Positions 27,255 to 37,285 of a DNA stretch of 64,000 nt are shown piece by piece. The stretch is from an uncultured Gemmatimonadales bacterium (lineage in GTDB: Bacteria; Gemmatimonadota; Gemmatimonadetes; Longimicrobiales; RSA9). Every line of letters begins with the position of its first letter. Within the stretch, counting starts at the first letter, position 1. The stretch covers positions 32,001 to 96,000 of the forward strand of contig CAWAMW010000011.1 of NCBI GenBank assembly GCA_963783305.1, in the 5' to 3' direction. The position numbers and the translations under genes were made by a program. The notes beneath the pieces were generated by a model. That model searched no databases and was not told the origin of the DNA. It worked only from the letters and a program-made list of their open reading frames with translations.

Positions 27255-27302
27255 CCGTCCCTCACCGATGTTCCATGCCCGACGCGTCCCCAGGAGTAGT
27301 GG

Positions 27303-29009
27303 ATGTCCGACGCGCATCGCGACGAAATAGCGAAGCTCGAGAACCTGTACGCGGAGAACCCGGATGGCCGGGTTTTCACCCACCTCGCCGAGGCGTATCG
27401 CAAGGCGGGCGACTTCGATCGCGCTCAGGCGACGCTGGCCGATGGTCTCCAGCGCCACCCGGAGTACTCCAGCGCCCACGTCGTCCGGGGACGGGTCCTC
27501 ATGGATCAGCACCGGACCGACGAGGCCGAGCAGGCGTTCCACCGCGTCCTGGAGCTCGACCCCTACAACCTCATCGCCATCCGGTCCCTGGCCGAGCTCG
27601 CTCGCGAGCGCGGAGCAGACGAGGAGGCGCTGGCCTTTTATCAGCGCCTCCTCGACCAGGAGCCCGGCGACGAGGGTGCGCGGGAGTTCGTCGCGCAGGT
27701 CGCGCCCGACGAGTACGTGCCCGACGAGTACGCCAGTGACGAGTACGCCAGCGACGAGCCCAGTCCGCTTCAGGGACTGGAGAGCGAGTCGTTCGGTGAT
27801 GACGTCAGCCGGAGCATGGCCCCGGCAGACGGGGGCCATGATGCCGAGGTCCGTACCGAGACCATCGCACAGGTCTACGCTCGCCAGGGTCTCTACGAGC
27901 GCGCGGTGGAGGTCTACCGCGAGCTGGTCCGCGCCCGCCCCGAGGATGAAGCCCTGCGGGACCGTCTGGCCGAGATGGAGCAGCTCGCCGAGGCGCAGAC
28001 GGAGCGCACGGGCGAGGTCGATGCGGTCTACGATCTGGACGTGGACGATCCGCGGCCCCGTGACACGGGATCCGTCCTGGAGGGCTTCGGCGCCCTCGAA
28101 GGATTCTCGTCCCTCTACGGCGGCGGTGATCCGGAGCCGCACGCGGAGTCGGAGGGGGAATGGGAGCCCGAGTCGGAGCCGGCCGAAGAGCCCGAGGCGT
28201 TCACGGTGGAGGGTCTGGAGCCGGCGGAGCTGGACACCACGGATGTCGATGCGGTCCCCATGCTGGACATGGAGGTCGAGGAGGCGGATCCGGACACCGG
28301 GCTCCGCGCCAATGCCACCCCCGACATGGCCGAACCCGTGGACGGCCTCTCGGAGGAGCTGGACGTCCGTTCCGTGCCGGAGCCGCCGGAGGAGTCGCCG
28401 TGGGAGACGACGGTCCCGGAAGAGAGCGCGGACACCGACGCCGAGGAGCCGTCGTCGTGGGAGACGGGAGAGCCCGCCGCCGGCGCGGCAGCCGAGCCCG
28501 ACTGGCTCGCCGAGCTGCGGATCGAGTCGGAGTCGGTGCAGGAAGCGGAGCCGGCGGACGATGCGCCGGTTGCGGACGAGACCACGGAGGGCGAGGACTC
28601 CGCGGAGGAGGACGCGCTGGAAGCCGAGTCCGCGAGCGCCGAAGAGGTCTGGGCTGGCGCGGACTGGTCCGGTGAAACCGAAGCGGGCACCGCCAGCGAC
28701 TCCACACCCCACGCCTGGACGGATGACGAGGACACCGAGACGGTCGATTCCTCGCCACCCCTCCGCCAGTACTTTGGCGCACTCCTGGCATGGTCAGGCA
28801 CAGGATCCTCGCCGGAGTCCGGCGTGGAGCCGCATGCGCCCGGATCGGACGAGCCGCAGACGCCGGCCGCCACAGGGATGCCGGATACGCCCGGGATGCC
28901 GGACACGCCCGGCACGCCGGACACGCCCGGGACCCCGGCCACCGATGGGCCGGATGACGATGACGATCTGGACATGTTCCGGTCGTGGCTGGAGAGCCTG
29001 AAGCAGTGA
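27303..29009 (+). CDS. TPR protein with a long acidic disordered region and a C-terminal amphipathic helix
   Basis: N-terminal TPRs ([15 protein letters not shown]), internal [11 protein letters not shown] block, C-terminal [22 protein letters not shown]. Confidence 0.88.
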   Translation: MSDAHRDEIAKLENLYAENPDGRVFTHLAEAYRKAGDFDRAQATLADGLQRHPEYSSAHVVRGRVLMDQHRTDEAEQAFHRVLELDPYNLIAIRSLAELARERGADEEALAFYQRLLDQEPGDEGAREFVAQVAPDEYVPDEYASDEYASDEPSPLQGLESESFGDDVSRSMAPADGGHDAEVRTETIAQVYARQGLYERAVEVYRELVRARPEDEALRDRLAEMEQLAEAQTERTGEVDAVYDLDVDDPRPRDTGSVLEGFGALEGFSSLYGGGDPEPHAESEGEWEPESEPAEEPEAFTVEGLEPAELDTTDVDAVPMLDMEVEEADPDTGLRANATPDMAEPVDGLSEELDVRSVPEPPEESPWETTVPEESADTDAEEPSSWETGEPAAGAAAEPDWLAELRIESESVQEAEPADDAPVADETTEGEDSAEEDALEAESASAEEVWAGADWSGETEAGTASDSTPHAWTDDEDTETVDSSPPLRQYFGALLAWSGTGSSPESGVEPHAPGSDEPQTPAATGMPDTPGMPDTPGTPDTPGTPATDGPDDDDDLDMFRSWLESLKQ

Positions 29010-29452
29010 CCGTTGAGGTCCTCCATGGTCCCAACCTGAACCTGCTCGGAACGCGCGAGCCCGATGTGTATGGCTCGGTCACGCTGGAGGAGGTCGATCG
29101 GCGGCTCGCGGATCTGGCTGGGCAGCTCGGCGTTAAGATCGGGACCTACCAGTCGAACCACGAGGGTGAGCTCATAGACCGTGTCCAGGAGCGGGCGGGG
29201 TCCGTGGCCGGGTTCCTCGTGAACGCCGGTGGGTACACGCATACCAGCGTGGCCCTTCGCGATGCGCTCGTCGGTGTGGGCCGCCCGTTCGTGGAGGTGC
29301 ACATCAGCAACATTCACGGGCGGGAGCCGTTCAGGAGGAAATCGCTGCTGGCGCCGGTGGCCCTTGGCAGCGTGGTTGGATTCGGGGCCGACAGCTACGC
29401 GCTCGCACTGCGCGGGCTGGTCCTGTACCTAGAGCAATCGAAACGGGGGTAG
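29006..29452 (+). CDS. aroQ: Type II 3-dehydroquinate dehydratase
   Basis: [39 protein letters not shown] and EVHISN..REPFR motifs; GTGA overlap. Confidence 0.98.
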   Translation: MTVEVLHGPNLNLLGTREPDVYGSVTLEEVDRRLADLAGQLGVKIGTYQSNHEGELIDRVQERAGSVAGFLVNAGGYTHTSVALRDALVGVGRPFVEVHISNIHGREPFRRKSLLAPVALGSVVGFGADSYALALRGLVLYLEQSKRG

Positions 29453-30073
29453 ATGGTGGCGAAAGGAAGCGAGTCTTCCGGAAGCGCGAGCCCGGAGAAG
29501 AAGGATAAGTCGAAGGGGGCGCGGGTGGAGACGCAGGAGATGGAGGGCGGAGCCACCCGCCCCATGCTCGATCTCGAGTTCGTCCGAGGCCTGATCGAGG
29601 CGGTGGATGGAAGCGGGATCGACTCGCTGGAGATCACGAGGGCGGGGACGCGGGTGAAAATTTCGAAGACGCCCCCGTCCGGCGGACCGACGCACGGCTT
29701 CTACGCGCCCCCTCCGGCGGCGTCGCACGCGCCGGCGGCCCCGCAGGCCGCGCCCGCGGCGGGCGTGGCACCGACGGGCGCGCCTTCGACGGAGGAGTCG
29801 GCGGACGCCTCCGGCGCGAAGGGTGACGGCCTGGTGGACATCACGTCGCCGATGGTGGGCACGTTCTACCGGGCCCCGGCGCCGGAGGCCCCGTCCTACG
29901 TGGAGTTGGGGACGAAGGTGGGGAAGGGGCAGACGCTCTGCATCCTCGAGGCAATGAAGCTCATGAACGAGCTCGAGGCCGAGGTGGACGGCGTGGTCCG
30001 GGAGATCCTGGTGGAGAACGCGGAGCCCGTGGAGTACGGGCAGGTGCTCTTCCGTATCGACCCGAATGGTTAG
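29453..30073 (+). CDS. accB: Acetyl-CoA carboxylase biotin carboxyl carrier protein
   Basis: [16 protein letters not shown] biotinylation motif, PVEYGQ; alternative start ATG 29564. Confidence 0.97.
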   Translation: MVAKGSESSGSASPEKKDKSKGARVETQEMEGGATRPMLDLEFVRGLIEAVDGSGIDSLEITRAGTRVKISKTPPSGGPTHGFYAPPPAASHAPAAPQAAPAAGVAPTGAPSTEESADASGAKGDGLVDITSPMVGTFYRAPAPEAPSYVELGTKVGKGQTLCILEAMKLMNELEAEVDGVVREILVENAEPVEYGQVLFRIDPNG

Positions 30074-30080
30074 GGGCCGG

Positions 30081-31442
30081 ATGTTTCGGAAGGTACTGAT
30101 CGCGAACCGCGGCGAGATCGCGCTGCGGGTCATTCGCGCCTGCCGTGAGCTGGGCATCCGCACCGTGGCGGTCTACAGCCAGGCGGATCGGGAATCGCTG
30201 CACGTGCGCTTCGCCGACGAGGACGTCTGCATCGGGCCGCCACCGGCCCGGGACAGCTATCTCAATATCCCGCGGATCATTGCGGCAGCGGAGGTGACGG
30301 GCGCCGACGCCATTCATCCCGGCTACGGGTTCCTGGCGGAGAACGCGGAGTTCGCCGAGATCTGCGACGAGTCCGACATCGTCTTCATCGGGCCCACCGC
30401 GGACCAGATCCGCCGCATGGGCGACAAGGCCGTGGCCCGGGAGACGATGATCGCCGAGGGCGTGCCGGTGGTGCCCGGCAGCGATGGCGCCATTGCCGAT
30501 GTGGACGAGGCGCTCCGTGTCGCGAAGCGCATGGGGTTCCCGGTGCTGATCAAGGCGGCGGCGGGCGGTGGCGGGAAGGGGATGCGCGTGGCGCAGGACC
30601 AGGCGAATTTCGCCCAGGCGTTCCAGGCGGCCCAGACGGAGGCCCAGGCGGCCTTCGGGGATGGCAAGGTCTATCTGGAGAAGTACCTCTCGCGGGCCCG
30701 TCACATCGAGATCCAGATCCTGGGGGACAAGCACGGCCGGATCATGCACCTCGGGGAGCGGGAGTGTTCGCTGCAGCGGCGCCACCAGAAGCTCATCGAG
30801 GAAGCGCCCTCGGTGGCGGTGGACGAGAAGCTGCGCAAGAAGATGGGCGCGGCGGCGATCAGGGCCGCGAAGGCCATCGACTACCATTCGGCCGGCACGG
30901 TGGAGTTCCTGCTGGACAAGGATGGCAAGTTCTACTTCATGGAGATGAACACGCGGATCCAGGTAGAGCACCCCGTGACGGAGCTGGTCACCGACGTGGA
31001 CCTGATCAAGGAACAGATCCGGATCGCCGCGGGGGAGAAGCACTCGCTCGGAGACCGGGAGCCGCCACCCATGCGGGGACACGCCATGGAGTGCCGCATC
31101 AACGCCGAGGACCCCGCCAAGAACTTCCAGCCGAGCCCCGGCCGGATCGATATCTGGCACGCGCCGGGCGGTCCGGGCGTGCGTGTGGACTCCCACGCCT
31201 ATCAGGGCTATCACGTCCCGCCGTTCTACGATTCGCTCCTGGCCAAGCTCATCGTTCACGGCCGCACCCGCGAGGAGACCATCATCCGCACTCGGCTCGC
31301 CCTGGAGTCGTTCATCGTGGAGGGCGTCAAGACGACCATTCCGTTCCTCCTCGAACTGCTCCACGATCCGGACGTCCTGGCGGGGAACATTGACACCAAG
31401 TTCCTCGAGCGCAGGATGGCGGAGAAGGCCGCCCGCTCATGA
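30081..31442 (+). CDS. accC: Acetyl-CoA carboxylase biotin carboxylase subunit
   Basis: [41 protein letters not shown] and [14 protein letters not shown] motifs. Confidence 0.98.
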   Translation: MFRKVLIANRGEIALRVIRACRELGIRTVAVYSQADRESLHVRFADEDVCIGPPPARDSYLNIPRIIAAAEVTGADAIHPGYGFLAENAEFAEICDESDIVFIGPTADQIRRMGDKAVARETMIAEGVPVVPGSDGAIADVDEALRVAKRMGFPVLIKAAAGGGGKGMRVAQDQANFAQAFQAAQTEAQAAFGDGKVYLEKYLSRARHIEIQILGDKHGRIMHLGERECSLQRRHQKLIEEAPSVAVDEKLRKKMGAAAIRAAKAIDYHSAGTVEFLLDKDGKFYFMEMNTRIQVEHPVTELVTDVDLIKEQIRIAAGEKHSLGDREPPPMRGHAMECRINAEDPAKNFQPSPGRIDIWHAPGGPGVRVDSHAYQGYHVPPFYDSLLAKLIVHGRTREETIIRTRLALESFIVEGVKTTIPFLLELLHDPDVLAGNIDTKFLERRMAEKAARS

Positions 31443-32179
31443 GGGTCCATGTCTTCTTCACGCCCGCCGAGCTCGCGGGGGTGGAGCTGCCGGAGCGCGT
31501 GGCCGTCATCGACGTGCTTCGCGCCACGAGCACCATTGTGGAGGCCCTGGCGAACGGCGCACGGGCCATTTTCCCCGTGGCCACGGCCGATGACGCGGTC
31601 CGGATCGCCCAGAATATCGGCCGCGATTCCGTGCTGCTCTGCGGCGAGCGGAAGGGTCTGCCCATCGATGGGTTCGACCTGGGGAATGCCCCGCCGGAGT
31701 TCACGCGCGAGCGCGTGGCGGACATGGCGCTGGTCATGACCACCACCAATGGCACGCGCGCCTTTCTGTCCGTGGCCGAGCGGCAGGGCGGGGGTACGGC
31801 AAGCGCCGGCTCCACCATCGTAGCGGCCTCCTTCCTGAACCTGTCGGCCATTACCGACCAGCTTGCCGACGGCGATACGGACTGCGCGCTCGTCTGCGCC
31901 GGCCGTGAGGGCCGCTTCGCCGTGGAGGATGCGCTGTGCGCCGGCTCCATCGTGCGCGCGCTGGAGGAGCGGGGCATGGTGCTGGAGCTGAACGACGGCG
32001 CGGTCGCCGCCCGGACCCTGGCCGGCCGCGAGGACCGGTTCACGCAGATGATCGAGGAAAGCGCGGCCGGCGAGCGCCTGGCCGAGATCGGCCGCGCTGA
32101 GGACCTGGCGTTTTGTGCGCAGGTGGACCGAACGGATGTCCTGCCCCGGCTCCGCGACCGCAAGATCACGGTGGAGTAG
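31439..32179 (+). CDS. 2-phosphosulfolactate phosphatase family protein (ComB-like)
   Basis: [16 protein letters not shown]...[14 protein letters not shown] and EDALCAG motifs. Confidence 0.92.
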   Translation: MRVHVFFTPAELAGVELPERVAVIDVLRATSTIVEALANGARAIFPVATADDAVRIAQNIGRDSVLLCGERKGLPIDGFDLGNAPPEFTRERVADMALVMTTTNGTRAFLSVAERQGGGTASAGSTIVAASFLNLSAITDQLADGDTDCALVCAGREGRFAVEDALCAGSIVRALEERGMVLELNDGAVAARTLAGREDRFTQMIEESAAGERLAEIGRAEDLAFCAQVDRTDVLPRLRDRKITVE

Positions 32180-32180
32180 C

Positions 32181-34559
32181 ATGGCCGGGAAGAAGAAGAA
32201 GGAAGAGGCGGCGCAGCTGCTGACGGACCGGCAGCGCCGGGACCTGCTGGGGCTGGCGTTGGCGCTCCTGGCGCTGTTCACCGCCCTCAGCCTGGTCCCG
32301 CCCCGCGCGCTCGGCCTGGAGCCAGGGGCCGCCAGGAACCTCATGGGAGTGGTGGGCGCCACGTTCGAGTACGGCGGCCGCGTGTTCCTGGGGGCGGGCG
32401 TCTGGCTCGTCCCCCTCCTTCCCGCCCTGGGCGCCCTCGCCGCCTTCGGTCTCCGCCCGTCGCTCTCACTCAGGTGGATGCTGCTCACGCTGGTCATCGC
32501 CCTCCTCCTCCCGATCTCCATCGGCATCCTGGCGGCAGAGAGCGCTGTGGGTGCCGGCGTGTGGGGCGCCAGCATCAGCGGCCCGCTGGTGGCGGGGCTC
32601 GGAGTGGCGGGCGCGACCATGCTGGTGGCCTTCGCGGCCATTGCCGCCAGCATCCTGACCATCGGCTGGAACCCCGTACGGACCGCCGCGGGTGGTACTT
32701 CACGGGGCGCACGAGCGCTGCGGGGCGCAATGGGTACCGTGGATCCCGCGGCGGTCTCGGGGCCGTTCCGGCGGCTGCTTTCCTCGGCCCGTGCCCGTCG
32801 TGAAGCCGCCACGGATGACGTGGGGCTGCTCCCGCCGGAGCCGGACGTGGCGCCGCGGGGGCCGGGGGTGGCCGACGCCGCGTCGTCGAAGCGGACGAAG
32901 GGTGGAACGTCCGGCGGGAAGCGCGGGTCCGAGTCCGCCGGCGCGACCCCGTTCGAGGGACCGATACACGCCGGGCCCGCCGGCGCCTCGCCACCGCTTC
33001 CGCTTCTCCACGAAAAGCCGCCCCGTGATCCGGCGCTGACCACCCGGGAACTGGATCGCCTGGGCGGTGTGCTGGTGGAAACGCTGGCCACGTTCCGCGT
33101 GGAGGGGGAGATCATCGGCCGCACCACGGGCCCCGTGGTCACGCAGTACGAGTTCGCGCCGGCGCCCGGCATCAAGGTGAGCCGGGTCGAGGCGTTGGAC
33201 GCGGACCTCGCGCTCGCGCTGAAGGCGCCGAGCGTGCGGATCGTGGCGCCCATCCCCGGGAAGGCGGCGGTTGGGGTGGAGGTGCCGAACCCCGAGCCGG
33301 ACGTGGTCTACCTCCGCGAGATCGTCGAGGCGGCGGGGTTTCAGCGCCACCGGGGTCAGCTTCCGCTCGCGCTCGGGAAGGACCTGGAGGGCAGGCCCTA
33401 CGTGGCGGACCTGGCCAAGATGCCGCACCTGCTCATCGCGGGCGCGACGGGCTCGGGCAAGTCGGTGTGCATCAACACGATCATCACCAGCCTCGTCTAC
33501 CGCCACTCCCCCGAGACCCTGCGTCTGCTGCTGGTCGACCCGAAGATGGTCGAGCTCAACATGTACGACGACCTGCCGCACCTCCGACACCCCGTCGTCA
33601 CCGACCCCGAGGACGCCGCCCTCGTGCTCCGCTGGGCCGTCTACGAGATGGAACGACGCTACGAGCTGCTGTCCCAGAACAGCGTGCGCTCCATCGCCGA
33701 GTTCAACGCCCGCGTGGACGAGGGAAAGACGCTCCGCCGCGCCGAGCCCGACGGCCCGGAGGGTGATCCAGACCGCTGGATCTGGAACGACGGCAAGCTG
33801 CCCTACGTGGTCGTGGTGGTGGACGAGCTCGCCGACCTCATGATGTCGGTGCAGTCGGACATCGAGCGGCCCCTCGCCCAGCTGGCGCAGAAGGCGCGCG
33901 CCATCGGCATTCACCTGATCGTCGCTACACAGCGGCCGAGCGTGAACGTCATCACCGGCCTCATCAAGGCCAATTTCCCCTGTAGGATAGGGTTCCGGGT
34001 CAGCTCGAAGGTCGATTCCCGCACCATTCTCGACCAGAACGGCGCCGACGCGCTCCTCGGGAACGGCGACATGCTCTTCCTCCCGCCGGGAACCTCGGAC
34101 CCCGTGCGGGTGCAGGGTGCGTTCGTCTCCACGGAGGAGACCGAGCGGCTGATGGGCTGGTACCGGGAGCAGGAGGAGCTGCGCAGTGATCGGCCGGAGC
34201 GCGATATCCTGGAGGTCGTCCGGGAGAAGGACCAGGAGGCGGCCGGAAACGTGGCGGACGAGGTGCTCGAGGAGTGGGACGAGCTCTTCCGCCAGGCCGC
34301 GGAGGTCTGCATCCAGCACGAGCAGGGCTCCACCTCGCTGCTCCAGCGGCGGCTCCGCGTGGGCTACGGCCGCGCCGCCCGCATCGTCGACCAGCTCGAG
34401 CACGCCGGGATCATCGGCCCCCCCGATGGCTCCAAGCCGCGCGATGTTCTCGTGGGCATGGACGGCCTCGACCTGTTGATCGCCGGCCACAGCGAGGGCC
34501 CCGAGCACCACCGCGAGGAAGAGGATCAGCCGGAGCCCCTCGAGCCCGCCGAAGGCTAG
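32181..34559 (+). CDS. ftsK: DNA translocase FtsK
   Basis: N-terminal TMs, GPVVTQYE, PHLLIAGATGSGKSV, VDELADLM, ATQRPSV, gamma domain (STSLLQRRLRVGYGRAARIVD). Confidence 0.98.
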   Translation: MAGKKKKEEAAQLLTDRQRRDLLGLALALLALFTALSLVPPRALGLEPGAARNLMGVVGATFEYGGRVFLGAGVWLVPLLPALGALAAFGLRPSLSLRWMLLTLVIALLLPISIGILAAESAVGAGVWGASISGPLVAGLGVAGATMLVAFAAIAASILTIGWNPVRTAAGGTSRGARALRGAMGTVDPAAVSGPFRRLLSSARARREAATDDVGLLPPEPDVAPRGPGVADAASSKRTKGGTSGGKRGSESAGATPFEGPIHAGPAGASPPLPLLHEKPPRDPALTTRELDRLGGVLVETLATFRVEGEIIGRTTGPVVTQYEFAPAPGIKVSRVEALDADLALALKAPSVRIVAPIPGKAAVGVEVPNPEPDVVYLREIVEAAGFQRHRGQLPLALGKDLEGRPYVADLAKMPHLLIAGATGSGKSVCINTIITSLVYRHSPETLRLLLVDPKMVELNMYDDLPHLRHPVVTDPEDAALVLRWAVYEMERRYELLSQNSVRSIAEFNARVDEGKTLRRAEPDGPEGDPDRWIWNDGKLPYVVVVVDELADLMMSVQSDIERPLAQLAQKARAIGIHLIVATQRPSVNVITGLIKANFPCRIGFRVSSKVDSRTILDQNGADALLGNGDMLFLPPGTSDPVRVQGAFVSTEETERLMGWYREQEELRSDRPERDILEVVREKDQEAAGNVADEVLEEWDELFRQAAEVCIQHEQGSTSLLQRRLRVGYGRAARIVDQLEHAGIIGPPDGSKPRDVLVGMDGLDLLIAGHSEGPEHHREEEDQPEPLEPAEG

Positions 34560-34610
34560 GAACGCCACCCCGCGGGACGGGTATCCAGGATCGGACCGAA
34601 GGGAAGCTCG

Positions 34611-35615
34611 ATGAACGGACGGTATCGGATCGTGGAACGCATGGCCTCGCTGCTAATGATCGCTCTCCTGCTCGCCGCCTGCGGGCAGGGAGAGGCGCGC
34701 GCGGACGGTGACTCGCCCAACGCCCCCCGCACCCGGGCCCCCGTAGCGGGCTCAGCCGCAGAACTCGGTGGGGCGGCCGATCGAGGCGCCAACGGCGCCT
34801 CCGATAGCGGCCGCGCCGAGTCTTTGGCCACGTCGTCAGAGGCCCCGGCGGCGGACCGTGAGACCCGCGGCCGCGGTGCCGGCGAAGCCCCGGTCTCCGA
34901 AACCCCGCTCCGCGAAGCCGCCGCACCCGCGACGTCCACGTCTCCCGCGCGGTCGGCCGCCGGGTCTGAAGGCGACGCGGCGGTGCAGGAGGGAGCGAGC
35001 GGGACCGAAGCGGGAGAGATCCCGTCGGCCGGATCGTCGCGGCAGGAGGAGGTCCTCCGGGCCACGTCCCGCGCCTACGAGGGGCTCCGGTCCTTCCGCG
35101 CCACGTTCGAGCAGACGCTGGAGAATACGCTGCTCGGCCGGACCACGCGCTCGGAGGGCACCTTGTTCCAGCGTCAGCCCGACCGCTTCCTCATGCGGTT
35201 CTCGGATCCCGCCGGCGACGTCATCGTGAGCGATGGCGACTACTTCTGGATGTATTTCCCGAGTGTGGACGCCAAGCAGGTGATCAGGACCCGCCGCGGC
35301 GGTCAGGGTCTGGACCTCCGTTCGCAGTTCATCGGGGACCCCGTGCGTCGCTTCGCCGCCACCTCCCACGGCACGGAGGCGGTCCGCGGCCGCGAGGCGC
35401 ACGTCATGACGCTGGTACCGCGAGAGCAGCTCGGGTACCAGCGCCTGAAGGTCTGGATCGACGCGCGTGATTACCTGGTTCGGCGTTTCGAGCTCACCGA
35501 GAACAACGGCAACATCCGCCGGTTCGTCCTCTCCGACCTGGCCACGAACCCAACGCTCCCTGACGAGCTCTTCCAGTTCACGCCGCCCGCCGGCGCACAG
35601 GTGGTGGAGCGCTGA
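34611..35615 (+). CDS. lolA: Outer membrane lipoprotein carrier LolA-family protein with a lipobox and a long disordered N-terminal linker
   Basis: C-terminal LolA fold (SFRATFEQ, PDRF, IVSDG, FQFTPPAGAQV); ftsK-lolA order; LLAAC lipobox. Confidence 0.85.
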   Translation: MNGRYRIVERMASLLMIALLLAACGQGEARADGDSPNAPRTRAPVAGSAAELGGAADRGANGASDSGRAESLATSSEAPAADRETRGRGAGEAPVSETPLREAAAPATSTSPARSAAGSEGDAAVQEGASGTEAGEIPSAGSSRQEEVLRATSRAYEGLRSFRATFEQTLENTLLGRTTRSEGTLFQRQPDRFLMRFSDPAGDVIVSDGDYFWMYFPSVDAKQVIRTRRGGQGLDLRSQFIGDPVRRFAATSHGTEAVRGREAHVMTLVPREQLGYQRLKVWIDARDYLVRRFELTENNGNIRRFVLSDLATNPTLPDELFQFTPPAGAQVVER

Positions 35616-37285
35616 TGGGGGGAGCGGGTCGCAGGTCGCTCCCCGTACTCCCGTCGGGCGGCGCGGACGCCGCCGCTACGCGAACCGCACGGGCGGTGGA
35701 GCACGCGGTGGCGGAGGCGGGACGGACCACCGCGCTGGAAACAGGCGGGACGGTGCGCGTGGCCATGGTGACGCTCGGCTGCGACAAGAACACGGTGGAC
35801 AGCGAGCGTATCCTCAGCACGCTCCTCGGCGCCGGTATCCAGCTGGCCGACTCCCCGGACGACGCCGACGTGATCCTGGTGAACACGTGCGGCTTCATCG
35901 AGATGGCGAAGCAGGAGTCCATCGATACGCTGCTCGACGCCGCCCGGCTGAAGGAGCAGGGCCGGGTGAAGGCGGTGGTGGGCATGGGGTGTCTGGTCCA
36001 GCGGTACAAGCCGGAGCTGGAGGAGGAGATGCCGGAGGTGGACCTCTTCCTCGGGCTCACCGACGTGGACCGGCTCGTGCCCGAGCTGGTGCGCCGGGGC
36101 CTTGTGGACGAGGCCACGCCCCTCATGGAGCAGCCGCTCCGGGTGCTGAGCAGCGCCACCGGCCCCGCCCACAGCTCGCACCTCAAGATCAGCGAGGGCT
36201 GCGACCACACGTGCGCGTTCTGCGCCATCCCGCTCATGCGCGGGAAGTTCCGCTCCACGCCCATCGACGTGCTGGTGCGGGAGGCGCAGGAGCTGGAGCG
36301 ACGCGGCGTGGTGGAGCTCAACATCGTGAGCCAGGACACCACGTGGTACGGCCGCGACTGGGCCCGGGCCCTCGCCCGTGGCGAAGAGGCGCCGGTGTGG
36401 AGCGCCAGCGGAGGGAGCTGGTATCTCGGGCGCGAGTTCGACGCCATGCCCAACCGGAGCCCCCACGCCCCGCCGCCGGCCGACGATCCGCCCGACGCCG
36501 CGTCCGCCGCGCTGTCCTACCGCGACGCCCAGGGGCCCGTCCGGCCCGGCCCGATCAGCCTCGAGGGCGTCACGCGGACGGGAGCGCTCCCGCTCCTCCT
36601 CCGCACACTCCTGGCCGAGACATCAATGCCGTGGCTCCGGCTCTTCTACATGTACCCGTCGGGGATCACGGAGGAGCTCGTGGACGTCCTGGCGGGGAGC
36701 CACCGGATCCTGCCATACCTGGACATGCCGATCCAGCACGGCTCCGACAGCGTCCTCCAGCGGATGCGCCGGCCGGAGCGCCGGTCTACCATCCTGGAGC
36801 GGGTCGAGTGGCTGCGCTCGGCGATCCCCGACCTGGCGCTTCGGACCACCGCCATCGTCGGATTCCCCGGCGAGACGGAAGAAGACTTCGAGTCGCTCCT
36901 GGAGCTCCTGGAGGAGGTGCGATTCGACCACCTCGGCGCTTTCGCTTACTCTGAGGAGGACGACACCGCCGCCGCCACCATGGTGGGGCAGGTGCCGAAA
37001 TCTGTTCGGCGGGAAAGGCTGGAGCGGCTCATGGACGTGCAGCGCGACATCACGCTCGAGAAGAACGAGGCCCGCGTGGGCACCCGCACCACTGTGCTCA
37101 TTGATGAGCGGACCGAGGAGGGCGCCATGGCCCGCGCGCCCTGGCAGGCGCCGGAGGTGGACGGGATCGTGGAAATCGACGAGCCGGGCGCGGCCGGAGC
37201 GGAGCTGCTCGTCCCCGGAGGCTTCGTGGAGGTCGAGATCACGGGCGCGACCGAGCTGGACCTGACGGCGCGGGGGGTGGAATGA
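35615..37285 (+). CDS. rimO: Ribosomal protein S12 methylthiotransferase RimO, with a large internal insertion
   Basis: TLGCDKNTVDSE, NTCGFI..AKQESI, KISEGCDHTCAFCAIP, YLDMPIQH, TRAM domain with APEVDG; the start may be downstream of 35615. Confidence 0.95.
   Translation: MGGAGRRSLPVLPSGGADAAATRTARAVEHAVAEAGRTTALETGGTVRVAMVTLGCDKNTVDSERILSTLLGAGIQLADSPDDADVILVNTCGFIEMAKQESIDTLLDAARLKEQGRVKAVVGMGCLVQRYKPELEEEMPEVDLFLGLTDVDRLVPELVRRGLVDEATPLMEQPLRVLSSATGPAHSSHLKISEGCDHTCAFCAIPLMRGKFRSTPIDVLVREAQELERRGVVELNIVSQDTTWYGRDWARALARGEEAPVWSASGGSWYLGREFDAMPNRSPHAPPPADDPPDAASAALSYRDAQGPVRPGPISLEGVTRTGALPLLLRTLLAETSMPWLRLFYMYPSGITEELVDVLAGSHRILPYLDMPIQHGSDSVLQRMRRPERRSTILERVEWLRSAIPDLALRTTAIVGFPGETEEDFESLLELLEEVRFDHLGAFAYSEEDDTAAATMVGQVPKSVRRERLERLMDVQRDITLEKNEARVGTRTTVLIDERTEEGAMARAPWQAPEVDGIVEIDEPGAAGAELLVPGGFVEVEITGATELDLTARGVE

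Noticed and set aside
29453..29563. N-terminal extension of AccB as a novel domain
   Set aside because: Low-complexity 37 aa with an alternative ATG at 29564; start-site ambiguity explains it.
36359..36580. Intein or mobile element as the source of the RimO insertion
   Set aside because: No intein terminal residues, inverted repeats or target duplication are visible; kept only as a loop insertion.
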